From the NCBI GenBank assembly GCA_026770705.1, contig JANJGN010000001.1, forward strand, positions 213,218,001-213,282,000: 64,000 nt of DNA. Reading direction: 5' to 3'. This document shows positions 40,401 through 53,305 of the stretch, piece after piece. The stretch comes from Isurus oxyrinchus (Eukaryota). Numbering within the stretch: the first letter of the stretch is position 1; every line of letters begins with the position of its first letter. Both the position numbers and the translations under genes were made by a program. The notes below the pieces were generated by a model. The model worked only from the letters and a program-made list of their open reading frames with translations, had not been told where the DNA came from and did no database searches.

Positions 40401-43400
40401 CAAGATTTAGGTATATTTTATACTTAGGGATATGTGAGGAGCGATAAATAATGCTGTAATTTATGATGTTTGTAAGTGCTGAGGAATTTTTTTCGCATGG
40501 ATTGATGGGCACTGAGGATTTAATAGCATTCAAACCGAATTAACACCACGTCCGGTACTTGCCGAGCAATGCTGAATAAGTTGCTCACCTGTTTTTCGGT
40601 GTTATACCTAAATGATATACACTTCCTCCAGTTTATTCGGCTAACGTAATTTCTCTATTTCTCCTAAGTGCTGTAGTTCTCCCTCGTTCTTTCTAAGTAG
40701 CTGTCGACAGGACATTAAAGATAAACTACTGACAAACAGTGCGATCCTTTCTGATCCTTGTTCCCATGCTGCAGCTTCAAATCCTTGCAGTGCTAGTTCG
40801 TACGTTCAGCGTTGTTAATGCATCGCAATGAAAGTGAAACCAAATTCTGCGGACTAACTCTACTCCTCCTCGTCCGGAGTATATGGTTTGCAAGTACAAG
40901 CCAGAGCTCTTCAGACAGAAAATGACGGTAAGTATATGTCAAATGCAAACCCAGCCGTATCTGAAAATACATGTAAAGTATATAGTTTGTTGATACGGTT
41001 AGGATTAGCCTTACTGTCTTTAGTGTGGAAATACTGGGGTACTTAACCGTCTCCTATACTTGTTATTAAAACATTTCAGGTATAACTAATCAGAATACAC
41101 CTATCTACGTCATTATTAACAAGTTTCACGATTGGTATTTTCTAATACACCTGTTTATATGGTGTGATAATTTTAGTAGAAAGTAATCACGAGGCTTTCT
41201 ACTAAGAATAATTTAAAGAATAGCATAGAAGAGAGACTGGAGCCGTCAAATTTACAAATAACACTTGCAAATTTCTCCTTGAATTAAAACCTTTCAGACA
41301 CTAATCATAAATAACACTCATAAAGCGTGTGTGAAATGTTCAGGTTTTGATAAATAGAAATGATCTAATTGTTTACGTTATTTCATACCATTCATTTTGT
41401 ATCTGAATGGATTATACGACGGGACAAGTCTCATTCTTTCCATGATAAGAATTAATTTTGAACAGTTGGTAATTTTTTTTTATTAAAGCAGAAAAGGGAA
41501 AAAACCAACTCGGCATCTCGGTTTTGACAATTGTCACGTGTATGTGTGTCTAATTGTGAAAGGTCGTGCGTTATAAAGGCCGACACGCTGATGGGAGGCG
41601 GAAACCCTGCTTAAAGCTATGGATTTTTAAAATATTGATCAAATAACCGTGGTTGACTCAGTAAAACAAGGATTGTGCTGAGGGAAAGCAACAGTCAGCA
41701 TTCTCCTGTCCCCCCTCTCAGCAAGAATAGTAGGATGTGGAAGTGCAGTGCGAAATAAAGAAAACATATTAAGGAGTCTTACTTTACAGGACAGCATTAA
41801 ACAACTTCAGAGAGGAGATCAAATGCAAGCAGGTACCCTGGGTATGTGGGAAGCGGAATTGCGCGACCGACACAGTCACAAAACTAGATAATTTCTTGTA
41901 CGCGTGCACACTGTATCTACACATATATACAGGGAGAGACAGCGTAATTCGTAGGATTAGGGCTAATGTTGCCTTACAGATAACAACTGCATCTTAGTTT
42001 ACCTGATAGTTACATGCAGCTACCATATTAAACCCCCAGATCTCCAATTCCCTGATTCATATGAAAACATTATCTCGGAAGAGGTAAACACATCTTTAAA
42101 TGCATTTATCTTCAATATATAACCCGACTTTTCCTCCTTCAAATCGACATCGAGATATTAAACCAATTATGTACCAAAATCAATCAGATTCAGTCTGCTC
42201 TAACTCATTGAGAACATTCCGGTGGGGAGTGATTTTTTTTTTTAAATCCTGAAGCGCGACATTTATTTCAGCTAAAGCTCATGGTGTTTGAACATTCAAG
42301 TGTACCTCGTTTTGCTCATAGCTTTTCTGCCCATATTTTCATGGTGCTGCATACGGCTAAAGCCATGAAAATTACTGCCATATGCGTTAAACAAAGTGGA
42401 ATGGTTCATGGTACTGTAAATGCAAAATTTTTTCAAAAGAAATAACTTTCTGTCTGTTTTTGTGGCGCTCTCTGCGATGTTTCCGTTAATGGGCGTGCGA
42501 AGCATTAATTAAAATGTCTTTATATGGGCACCAACTGTGGTCATGCCACTGAAAAAACATTCTCACAGAAGTTAATAAGTAATTTAATATAGATGAACAA
42601 TAGCAGGCATGAGAAAAAATATTTACAGACAAGAATCAATAAAATTCTTCACTTTCGCAATACAACACAGAGTCGAGATCACCTTCTTGGAAGCCCTGCT
42701 TTAACATGGCGGCAGGGCCATATAGCAACCTTGCAATTGCTAAACCAGCAAAAGAAAACGTACTCAATACTCATTTGTTTCTTTTGAAGCTGTGAAAGAA
42801 ATAAAACGTTTTTTTAAGTACCGGTACAAAAGTAGTACATTTACCGTTCATTGGATGATAAAAAAGTGCCACGTACATACAAAAGACTCGCATGTCCACT
42901 TTGACAACCATGTAAGATATTCTATATAAACAGGACTCGAGAGATATCAAACGTTTTCCATTTATGGATATGTTTAAATGAACAATTACTTTGCGACCCT
43001 CTTTCGTTCCTCTATGCTAGGCCGTTTCTTCCACGTCTAACGTGGTGCCTCGTCCTACTGAACTCTATTAGAAGAGTTTTGTTGAGAACCTTTTGCGCTT
43101 GAACCGTTGTAATTGGTGATATCAATTATTGCGGGGTTTCCCTTTATTTTACGCGCTATTTTAAATCAGCCAGCATACATGGAGCTCACTAGCTGATTCG
43201 TGTTAAAATCTAAGGAATTAACCTCAAACTTCAACAAAAAAAAAGCAGGATCTGAAGTAAGGTGATTTTGGTGACTCCCGTGCCGAGCACATTGAAAATC
43301 CAGACTGTGTTTTATGTTGGCACCATTGAAACAAGCAAAGGTCAGGTAACAAAAGCGCTTAAGCAAAATCACTGGGACATACTTTCACCCGCTTTAATAT

Positions 43401-43939
43401 TTTTTTCCCACTGCATTAAAAAAAATTGAACCGGTTCAACATGAGGGTTTATTTCATTTTAATTATTCATTGGCGGGACGTGGAGGAACATTTCTTACCT
43501 CTCCCTAATTTGATTGGGTGCCACATCCAACATCCCAGGCTTTAAAAATTCTGAGGCCTACATTGTCTCCAATAAATTGACAGGGCATGATATCGCCAGG
43601 CTATTTTCTCTCACGACGCAGCTACTTGCGTCTGTGAGCTGATATCTATAAACAGGTTCCTGTGGTTCAATACATTCATTCGCCTATTTAAAGGAAACTC
43701 CCAACGTTCACGTCTAAGCGCTTCCGGCTACTTCCCAATATAAAATAAATAAATGTTTACTACCACAGTACACATAATCTCATGAACACGTCAGTGGCAT
43801 AGTGCTGGAATTACTTTGAGATGTGCTCCAGGAAGCGTCGCCGATAGAGAGCTTACGCATTGGGTACAAAATGCATTTTGAAACATAAACCAAACAAGAA
43901 TGAAAACAAGGAATGGTTTGGCACTTCAAAAGCATCCCA

Positions 43940-44225
43940 TTAGGAGGCACAATGTGAAAGAGTCAGTTTAGTCAAGCCCTCATTGTGTAGTTTGAACAAC
44001 AGCTTGAATTCTGCTGGAAGCTGATGGGACTCTTGCCATTTGGTAGTGAATTTTGTCCCCTTTTTGTCATAGTAGTGATATGGCAATTCTTTTCCTGTGT
44101 TGGGATCCCAAGCGAAAGGCCAAAATCCGTACAGATGAATCTCTTCGCAAATGGCAGAAGCCAATGTATACATCAGGATGCCTGTACTTAGCCGCTTTGG
44201 CGACAGTTGTTTGGTTTTCCAATAC
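43940..44225 (-). CDS. ST8SIA3: ST8SIA3 coding exon 4 (sialylmotifs S, III, VS)
   Basis: Acceptor TTGAACAG|G. YWKTKQLSPKRLSTGILMYTLASAICEEIHLYGFWPF..YHYYD..HQLPAEF..LSHCAS*. Total 179+123+558+286=1146 nt = 381 aa plus stop. Confidence 0.96.
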
Positions 44226-44679
44226 CTGTTCAACGGTAAAGCAATAAAACATTTCATAAAATAATTTTTCAATAAATAAAAAAAATAATCTGCCGTGGAT
44301 TTATTTTTCATGAAGAACATTTCTCGTTTTCTGAACCGTTTCTGTTTTTGTTCAGTTTATCTTCTACTCATTCTCTGTATGCCTCTCTATTGCTTTCTCT
44401 TCGTCTATCTCGGTGTCTACTATTTTTTACCGCTTTGCCTCTGTGTGAGTTTCTCCTAGTCTGCCTCCTGTCTTCTACATTCTTACATTCTCAGTATGCC
44501 TTCTGTAAGGGGTTCTCTACACGAATCATTTCTCTCTTTCTGGTACTCTCTATCTGGTACTCACAAAATTCCTTATCGCCTGGAGATAGATTGGAATTTC
44601 GAACCTTTGATAATATTCTCTCTTTCGCGCGCTCTCTCTGGGCGTATGCCATCTTGGTTTCATGTGATACATGTGATGA

Positions 44680-45215
44680 CATCAAGTAATTAGGAAAGCT
44701 AATAGAATGTTATAATTTATTGCGAGGGGAATTGAATACAAAAGTAGGGAGGTTATGCTTCAGTAATATAGAGCACCAATGAGACCACATCTGGTGTACT
44801 GTGTACATTACTGGTCTCCTTATTTAAGGAGAGATGTAAATAAATTGAAAGTAGTTCAGAGGTTTACCAGACTAATCCCTGGAATGGGTGGGTTGTCTTA
44901 TGAGGAAAGGTTGGACAGGCTAGGCTTGTATCTACTGGAGTTTAGAAGAGTAAGAGGTGACTTAATTGAAACATACAAGATGCTGAGGGATCTTGACAGG
45001 ATGGATGTGGAGAGGAGGTTTCCTCTTGTGGGAGAATCTAGAACTGGGAGCTCATTGTTTAGAAATAAGAGGTCGCCCATTTAAAACGAGTCCTTGGCAT
45101 TCTCTTCCTGGAAAAAGGCGGTGGAAACAGAGTCAGGTTACTATCAGATCAGCCGTGATCTTATTGAATGGCTGAGCAGGCTTGAGGGGCCAAATGACCC
45201 ATCCTTGTTCACATG
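44680..45215 (+). mobile_element. CR1 LINE 3' fragment in ST8SIA3 intron 3
   Basis: ORF 44779..45084 RPHLVYCVHYWSPYLRRD..LSYEERLDRLGLYLLEFRRVRGDLIETYKML is the CR1 ORF2 C-terminus. An internally deleted 3'UTR follows. Confidence 0.9.
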
Positions 45216-45994
45216 TAACAGGTTTGATGCGGCCATGGTTTGGGGAGGAGTTGAAAATCAGAGTGTGAACCTGGGCTCAGGACTAGGGTTACAGACTGAG
45301 GTGGGGCGGGGGGGGGGGGGGGGGGGGTGGTGGTGGTGGGAGAGAGGACGCCCTAGGTAAATATATCATTGCATAGACAATCAACATATTATTCTGAATA
45401 CAACATTACACATGATTTTACAAATTTCCATCAGGTGAATGATTTGACTGTCCTACCATTGTTAGATAAATACTTAATAATTAAATGATCCAATATTCAG
45501 AATTGAAACTCTCTGTGAGAGAATGGGGAGGCACTGGTGCCCTCTGGACTGTCGGTGTCTTGTGACCGGGAAACAAAACAGAATTTCCCAGGTGACGGAG
45601 CTTGAGATGGAGGATGGTCGGTGAGTCCGGGGGAGGTAAAATGTCAGGACGTCATAAGATGCTCAGGGTATTTGGGCACAAGATCTGGGTGGGGAGAATG
45701 TTATAGGTAGTCCAAGATAGAGGCTAGAAAAAAGGTTAGAAAGGTGATGGGCAGGGCCCAGGAATCAGGCCTCGGAGCCGTTCTGTACAGGCTCTGACAA
45801 CCAATGGCGTGGAGAGAGGATGGATCTGTGATCGAGGTCTATTGGAACATGTAAGCAATTGGCAGGTAAAATTGCCTTTTTATGTGCACGTTTGTGATTA
45901 TTTCCAGCTTTTTATTTTTTTTAATGGTGTCTACTATGATATAAATGTCAGTTTTCGGGATAAACAGTGGGGCGAACAAGGAGTTACCATGACA

Positions 45995-46217
45995 AAAATA
46001 AAAAATACCTGAAAAAACTCAGCAGGTCTGGCAGCATCTGCGGAGAGGAATACAGTTAACGTTTCGAGTCCGTATGATTCTTCAACAGAACATACGGACT
46101 CGAAACGTTAACTGTGCTCCTCTCCGCAGATGCTGCCAGACCTGCTGAGTTTTTCCAGGTATTTTTATTTTTGTTTTGGATTTCTAGTATCGGAAGTTTT
46201 TTGCTTTTATCTTAGAG
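45995..46217. mobile_element. Palindromic Penelope-like short element with target-site duplication
   Basis: Inverted arms 45992-46076 and 46091-46174, flanked by TACCATGACA at 45985-45994 and 46218-46227. Contains a hammerhead-like GACTCGAAACGTTAACTG. Confidence 0.75.
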
Positions 46218-46540
46218 TACCATGACAGTTTTATTAATGGACTTTTGGTCGATCTGGGATGGGAGGGGACTTTGGAAGTAAGGGTTTGAAGAATTGTTCG
46301 GAGCATGCGAAGGTAACCAATCAATTTGATTGAAGAAAGTACAGAAGCTGAGCCAATGAGGAACAAGACAGTCGGCAAACAAAAACAAAACAGCAGGTTA
46401 AACTGAGAAACAGTCACACAACCATTTGTGTTATCATACAGATACAATTGAAGACTATAACTGGGTTAACTAGCATGGACTATCATAGGAATACTTATAG
46501 AAGTGACGTGTAAAAGCATCCTTGAGCCTCACATACTTAC

Positions 46541-47098
46541 TTGTTGATATGTTGCATTATGTTCCCAGGCCAAGCCAACTGAACCTTCAGTTGCGCCCTA
46601 TACTCTATAAAAAAATCTACCAACGTTCTTGTCACCGGAGCGGAAGTGTGGAAGAAAAAAGCAGGGATCCAAAGAATGGCTCCATCGAGCTTTTTAAGAT
46701 TCAGGAAAAACTTATTTCGATCTTGGATTGTTAATAGATTGTTGTAGTACTTTTCGAGGATGCTTGGGTTGAAGGTCGTGAGGTTCGTCTTTTTGCCAAC
46801 ATCTTTTTCAAAAGATTCAGTTGGCGCAAAATTGCAGCGGAACACGAAATCGGATTTATCAATGTCAGCTCCACAATGGCTTCCGATGAGGATTCCACTG
46901 TTCCCGACCACCGCACATGTGTTGTAGTGCATCTTTAATATAGGGGGCACGTCGGGGAGTAATGATCGAAAACTATTGCTGACAGAAAAAACGTACTTGT
47001 GGTTAGAATAGTCATAGTGCAGCAATTGTCCAACTCGCACGTTTTTCTTAACCAAGGTGAAATTTTTATAAATGTCAACATAGCGACTGATGTCCTTC
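46541..47098 (-). CDS. ST8SIA3: ST8SIA3 coding exon 3 (sialylmotif L)
   Basis: Acceptor TTTTGTTTTAG|G. Contains CAVVGNSGILIGSHCGADIDKSDFVFRCNFAP. Donor AA|GTAAGT, 558 nt. Confidence 0.96.
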
Positions 47099-47409
47099 CT
47101 AAAACAAAAACAAGAGAGGTACAAAACGAGTTAGTTCAGTTCATTCTCGGCAATGAATTTGAATTCAGAACACACACTTCTAGGAGTGCAGCGAAAGTTT
47201 TTCTCAGTAGGTTTAAACTATTGAGAAATAAAACAAATCAAAAAGGGCCATTGAGAAGGAATTATTAAAAAGTTTCTTTTGAGAAGTTGTAACTTTGAAA
47301 TATGCCTATTACTGATAGTACAATGAAACATCCCATTCACACTTGTTGGTCTTCATTTCACTTATCTCTCATAGTGATACAACTTTAGTTCTACATAACG
47401 TTTATCTAT

Positions 47410-47805
47410 TTTTACATGGGAGGTGGGCGTCACTGGCAACGTCAGCATTTGTTGTCCATCCCTAATTGCCTTTGAACTGAGCAGCTTGCCTCACCATTTC
47501 ACAGGGCAATTAAGGGTCAACCACACTGCTATAGATCAGGAGTCAGGTGTAGACCAGGCCAGGTAAGGATGGCAGATTTCCTTTCCAAAAGGACATTCAT
47601 GAACCAGATGGGTTTTTACAACAATTGATGATAGCTTCACAGTCATCATTACTGAGACTAGCTTTCCATTCCAGATTTATTAATTGAATTTAAATCCAAC
47701 CAGCTGCTATGGGTGATGGGATTTGAACTGTTGCCCTCATGGCTTCATGAGGCCTGGGTCTCAGGATTACTAGTACAATGACATTACCACTATGCCACCA
47801 TCTCC
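47410..47805 (-). mobile_element. tRNA-derived SINE, near full length
   Basis: Head GGAGATGGTGGCATAGTGG (A box)..GTTCAAATCCC (B box). Homologous to 58550-58913. Confidence 0.8.
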
Positions 47806-47977
47806 TCCATAACCAATACTGTACCAGAACTCTGATTTTATTTGAAGGCTTCCCCATTGCAGAGATAAAAACCACAAAAACCTCTGCAACCTCTGGAAAT
47901 ATGAAATAAAGAGGAAAAGAATGATAATCACTTCCAGTCTAGCACCTTGAACCTTTACACTTTGCAGGGTGACTTGC

Positions 47978-48100
47978 CTTTGCTTTAAAAAAGAAGTTGT
48001 GTTGAAAGTCCACTTTACGGATTTGGCACGGACATTGTCGTTAAGGCCACTTCCAGCTGGCAAAAAAGAAGGATCCAGAAACTTCAAAGAAAACTGTGAC
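47978..48100 (-). CDS. ST8SIA3: ST8SIA3 coding exon 2 (stem region)
   Basis: Acceptor CCTACAG|G. SQFSLKFLDPSFLPAGSGLNDNVRAKSVKWTFNTTSFLKQR, 123 nt. Ends at AG|GCAAGT (GC donor), which keeps the frame. Confidence 0.9.
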
Positions 48101-49804
48101 CTGTAGGAAAAATCAGTACCAAGGTTTAATTGGAGTATTGCCCTGTCAGTTTAACTATATTACTCGTGAATTTACAAGGCTCGGTTAGCAAAAGATCTGA
48201 ACTTACTCTTAACCTTTCACTGACTATAACAAATATGTGTTATTTCAATTTATTGATGGCATTTGTTTGATCATTTGTATTAACTTGCCCAGAAATACAT
48301 ATGCGCAGCACCTACAATCCCTGTACAACTATCCAAGCACACATATAAAGTTACTTATCAAAACTAAATTAAGGCTGAGAATCCTACAAATTGCTTTGCT
48401 CAGAGGCCTCAAATACTCAAAATCATTTACTAGTATGCCAGTAAATCATTCTTAATATCTTAAAATATACCACTAGACTGGGTTTAATTACTACTTTAGC
48501 ATTTTAGTTCTTTCTGTCAGTAACTTTCAACTCCGTCTCTTCCTCAGAGATATCCTTGTACATTCCCTGTTGTTAATGTTTCCATGAAATAATGCCTTTT
48601 CCTAGAGGGTGGATGTACTTTAGTGATTCCATTATCTAATTTGCTCCTGTTTAATCCTGAGAACCCCTCTCTTTTCACAACTAAATACTTGTTCCATGAA
48701 CGAGAAGAAAGTCAAGAATGGAACAGGCTGCTCAGATGAGCCAAGCTTGTCTTTCTGTTATTACTTACCTTTGATCCTATTTGCATTTTGAAAGTTCCTA
48801 ACATATTTGACTCTATCAGTTAACTAGATTATCCCAAACATTTCAACTTTTAAGGATATAAACATGGTTTAAATGCACTAATTTTAATCCATGTCATCTC
48901 ACCTGGAACATTCTGCATCATGTAATACATTTTCAAACTCAGTAAAGTTTCCCCCTTAGTATTTATTCTTTCTATACTGTACAGGCTACACCTCTTTAAT
49001 CTTTCAGTTGATATCTGTGATCAATCTTGTTATTTTCCTTTGCAACCACGCCATCTGAACAGGCGGATCAAAATTCTACTCACCAGTCGCATATATAGTC
49101 TTTATACAGTATATATATATATCTATAGCTTAGGCAAATTTGAATTTCACAGGCCAGCTGAGTATTCTGAAGTGTTAATAAGATGTCATTTAAATTGCTT
49201 TTCTGTATTGTTGAATCATTGAAACTTTCCTCCTCCTTTAGAACCTTTGTATAGTCTGACACTCTTTCTCTGATTAATATTTTCTGTTTCATACTTCTTC
49301 CCCTGCTTTTTACCCAGTTTTACTACAGTACTACTCTGGATTCTCATGATTTTCAGTTTTATTTGCAATATTTCATGTGGCACCTTATTGTGGATTAGTG
49401 GCTCTCTGAAAGTCTAAATAAATAGTATCTTCCAGAGTTCCACTACCTACTTGATTTGCAACTTAGTCAGGATGGATCCAGGAGCTTTATCAATTAGGAT
49501 CTCCCCCTTCTAAATCTAGGCTATTTCTTATTCACCTGCTGCTATATAGCCATTTCTCCACCTTCCTTCATTTGGCCCTTTTCGAATATTTGGATAGTGG
49601 GCCTGCAGTGGTCAGGTCAGATTTGATTCTTTCTATCAATATGCATAGTATATTTGCTAGCTTCTAATTCAGAAACTTCTTTCATTGCAATCATTCTTTG
49701 ACATTTATTTTTTCCAGTCTACTCTCTTTGTGGTAACTATGCAGATATAGAACTTCTTGAGGGTGTCAATATGTTGATCCCTGAATCTATTTTTCAGGCC
49801 TACA

Positions 49805-49903
49805 GTACAACAGTGACTACATTACAAAAGTACTTCATTGGCTGTCAACATTTTGGGATGGCCTGAGATGGTAAAATATGTTATATAAATGCAAGTCTTT
49901 CTT
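49805..49903 (+). mobile_element. SINE/L2-type 3' tail
   Basis: ACAACAGTGACTAC..CAAAAGTACTTCATTGGCTGT..TATATAAATGCAAGTCTTTCTT. Confidence 0.55.
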
Positions 49904-50211
49904 ATGAAGAGTTTTTGAATTGCATGGTGCTCCAACTGGTTCCATTAATTTAGTTAGCTCAATAAAAATGGATTCAATAATATCTACCGCACTTCTATTT
50001 TTGACAATATCCAATAGAACTCATCATCTGATTTGTTAATTGAGTTGTTAATTTTAAATTTGCTTGATTTTACACTGGATTGTTTTCCTGACTTTGTTAA
50101 AATATTTATCCCTGGTTGAATCTTCTCCTTTTTACTTAGAGTGCAGTAAGGCTCGTTGTTATAATTCTGACCCATTGTGCATACTGGTTTCCTTGCCCCT
50201 CTATTAGTTGC

Positions 50212-50440
50212 TATGCCTTCAACCATTTAGGCCCCAAGCTCCGGAATCCTCCACTAAACCTCTTACCTTTGAAGGCTCTTCTTAAATCCTACCACTTTGA
50301 CCAAACTTTGAGATACCCATTCTAGTGTCTCCTTTGTCAATTTTTCTCTTTTCATGTCAATTTTTGACTGATTACTTTCCTGTGAATCACCTTAGTGCAT
50401 TTTACTACATTAAAGATGCTACATAAATGCAAGTTGTTGT
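50212..50440 (+). mobile_element. L2-clade LINE 3' end
   Basis: GCCTTCA..TAGGCCCCAAGCTCCGGAAT..CTTTGACCAA..GCTACATAAATGCAAGTTGTTGT. Confidence 0.55.
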
Positions 50441-51079
50441 CTGTGCAAAGCATCATGGACAATATGAATTGGACAAACAATCATAGCATGTTTGAAAAGT
50501 TTCATCTTAGCATCTCAATTCCACCAATTGTAAGAACAACCAACCCACCCCTGCCCCAAAACCTGGATTATTTACAAGATCATTTAAAACAGATTTCCCT
50601 TGATATTTATGTAAACTGAAGAATGCTGGCACAAGTTGCGCTATCAGTATGCTTTTAAAAAAATCTGATTGTGATAGTAGGTGTAAAGAAAGGCATATAA
50701 TAGAGTTTTGGAATTGTGCCTAGGCAATTAATTACACTCCTGGATGGCCATTACAAAAATAAGGCACTAAATCAAATTCTTTGTTTTTTTTTAGAAGGAA
50801 CATGCTCATTTGGTTATGATGCTCCCCAATCAAGCTCTCCCTTTCGTCTTAAAATTTGAATGTCAGGTTAGTTTTGCATAAATTCTTCCAAGTGTGCGGG
50901 TACTGCCTGCTAATGCCAGCAATATTGCAGCCTTTGCACAACACAAATGTAATTTGTTTTACAGATACATTGGGCATAATCGACATCACAATGAAGCCTA
51001 GACAAGTACAATTTTATATGCACACACACACATATATGTATAAACAACAGCAACACTTCCGACTGAAGCATTTAGCCCC

Positions 51080-52140
51080 CTCTCAAATTAGGGATGACGG
51101 TGCTGTGGGAAATAATCAATACCCCAGAGACCCCGGCAGTGAGCGATGCGGCTTCAGCAGCACCGCTGGGCCCTGCAAGGCGACAGCCAGCTGCACATCA
51201 GTCTGCAAAGGACCACGATCCGTTTATGTTACAAACATCTGGTATAACACCCCCACCCCCCACCCCCCACCCCCAACCCAACCTGTTATTTTCCATGAAA
51301 CGACGCGGAGGCGGGGTATGGATCTAAAATATGCCGATTCAACAGTGGTGCCTGGAGAGGGGTTGGGGGAGGGGAGTTCGGGGGCTGGGGGTGGGGGAAA
51401 GACTGAACATGGCAGGATCACAACACATAAAGATGCTGTACGCCTGCGATGATGCATGGGCCTGCGTGCTTCTTTCAAACAATACGATTATTACTTTCTG
51501 AAAAAAAGAAATAACGCAGGTCCTTTTTTTGGTTTGAAGGCTGAACCAATGGTCAATCGATTGGGAAGCAAGGCGGGCACCGGGGCTGCCAACTGACAGA
51601 ACGTCTAATTTTGCACAGATTCTGTTGGCTTCTTTTAAAAGGATTTTTAAAATCGTTATTATTATTCTTTACTTACCGAAATCCACTGTGTAACATGTAC
51701 AGTCTGGGGCCGGCTGAGCCTAGATATCTCGGGGTGGCGAAGAGGTTGTCCTTTTTGAGTGAAACATAGCTGATCAATGATAGAATAAGCAGTGCGACGC
51801 TTAACATCACCAAACCCAGCACACTCGCCATACGAACCATCCTGCAAATCCTCATAGTGCAAACACCTCAACAGTAAAACGAAAGCAGGCCCATATCTGT
51901 TCGTTTATCTTAACAAGAGAGGGAGAAAAAGAAAGAAAAGTAAGTCGATTATATTGACAATCTATTGTTCTGCTTTATATGTGAAATAAAAATGGACGGA
52001 GTCAAAATTCTGCAATGCAGAAATGGTAGGTGGTTGCGTTGGTGATACGTCGCGTAGCTCAATGATACCCCCACACTCCACATGCATACTGCACCAGCGC
52101 TGCCTCCATCCATTCCCCGGCTGCAGGCTAAATGTGACTG
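51080..52140 (-). promoter_or_regulatory. CpG-enriched region around ST8SIA3 exon 1
   Basis: Local rise in CpG and GC content either side of exon 1 compared with the AT-rich flanks. Confidence 0.45.
51677..51855 (-). CDS. ST8SIA3: ST8SIA3 coding exon 1 (cytoplasmic tail, type II signal anchor)
   Basis: MRICRMVRMASVLGLVMLSVALLILSLISYVSLKKDNLF..MLHSGFR. Donor CG|GTAAGT, 179 nt. Confidence 0.95.
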
Positions 52141-52574
52141 GAATAGTGCTCCTCTATTTACCCGACAAGCTTAAGGCTTTTATTAATGAACCCTTAGTAA
52201 ATGCCTGGGTGCGTTTCAATAAAAAAAAAGAACATTGGGGAAATGCGTGTTGTTATTTGAATTAAACTGACTGCACTTAAAAAAAACCCAGAAAAAATGA
52301 TACCTGCCACTTAGAGAAGAAAGAGATAGATATTTTGCTAGGGGTAGGGGTGGGGGAAACTAATTAGTAACAATAATGGATTTGGCAAGAAGCAAGAAGA
52401 CCTGTAAAAACATCTTCCAGAAGACAACGCTTAAAGAATTGGGCAGACAGGTGGCAGATGCAATTTAATGCAAGGGAAAGGTCATTTAATTCATATAAGG
52501 AAAAACAGTGAATGGGAGTGTATACTTCAATGACAACTTGTTGAGGGGTATGGAACAAAAGACAGATCGTAACT

Positions 52575-52980
52575 ATTATCATCCATCTCTGCCTCTGCCT
52601 CAGCCCATCTACCATTGAATTCCTCGTCCATGCTTTTGTTACCTTCAGACTCAATTATTCCAAGGACCATCTGGCTGGTAACCCATTTTTCACCCTATAT
52701 ATACTTAACCTTATCCAAAAATCTGCTGTGTGTACCCTGTCACGGACTGAGTCCCATTCACACATCACCTAGTGCTTGCTGATTTGAATTGGCTCCCAGT
52801 CCATCAATGTCTCAATTTTTAAATTGCCTCTTTTTATTCAAATTTCTCCATGGCCTCACTGCCTCTGTGACCTCCCCAGCTCTACCGTTCTGTGAGAAAT
52901 TTGCATTCCTCCAACTCTGACCCCTTGCCCATCTCCCAGTTCATTTGCCCAACCATTGGCCGTCATGCCTTCAGCAATCA
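52575..52980 (+). mobile_element. Degenerate L2-clade LINE ORF2 C-terminal fragment
   Basis: CTCGTCCATGCTTTTGTTACCTTCAGACTCAATTAT (LVHAFVTFRLNY) and CACATCACC..TGGCTCCCAGTC (HIT..WLPV), both L2-like motifs. Confidence 0.65.
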
Positions 52981-53129
52981 GTATCTATAACAGAAGCAAT
53001 TAATACCCCCACAGAAGACCCCTAGAGTGAGAAATGTGACTTCACCAGCACTGCTGTGCTCTGCAAGGTCCATTATGTGGATAACCTGCATCCAGGAACA
53101 AGGCGATAGCCAGCTACACATCATTCAGC

Positions 53130-53305
53130 AAAGGTGGTAGAGGCAGAAACCCTCACAACGTTTAAGAAGTACTTAGATGAGCATTTGAAATTTCATAGCA
53201 TACAGGTTATGGGCCAAGTGCTAGAAAATGTAATAGATAGGTGCTTGATGGCCCCATGGACATCATGGGCCAAAGAGCCTGTTTCTGTGCTGTATAACTC
53301 TATGA
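53130..53305 (+). mobile_element. CR1 LINE 3' end
   Basis: VVEAETLTTFKKYLDEHL followed by GGGCCAAAGAGCCTGTTTCTGTGCTGTATAACTCTATGA. Confidence 0.75.

Noticed and set aside
15277-45340. Long G/C homopolymer runs (near 15.29, 31.87, 33.17, 34.30 and 45.31 kb) as functional G-quadruplexes
   Set aside because: Simple repeats of unreliable length with no further support.
47700-47805. tRNA genes at SINE heads (also near 58.9 and 59.8 kb)
   Set aside because: Only A/B boxes are present with no cloverleaf, and they are attached to SINE bodies.
50856-51452. 198-aa plus-strand ORF in ST8SIA3 intron 1
   Set aside because: Non-ATG start, GC-rich island, no recognisable homology.
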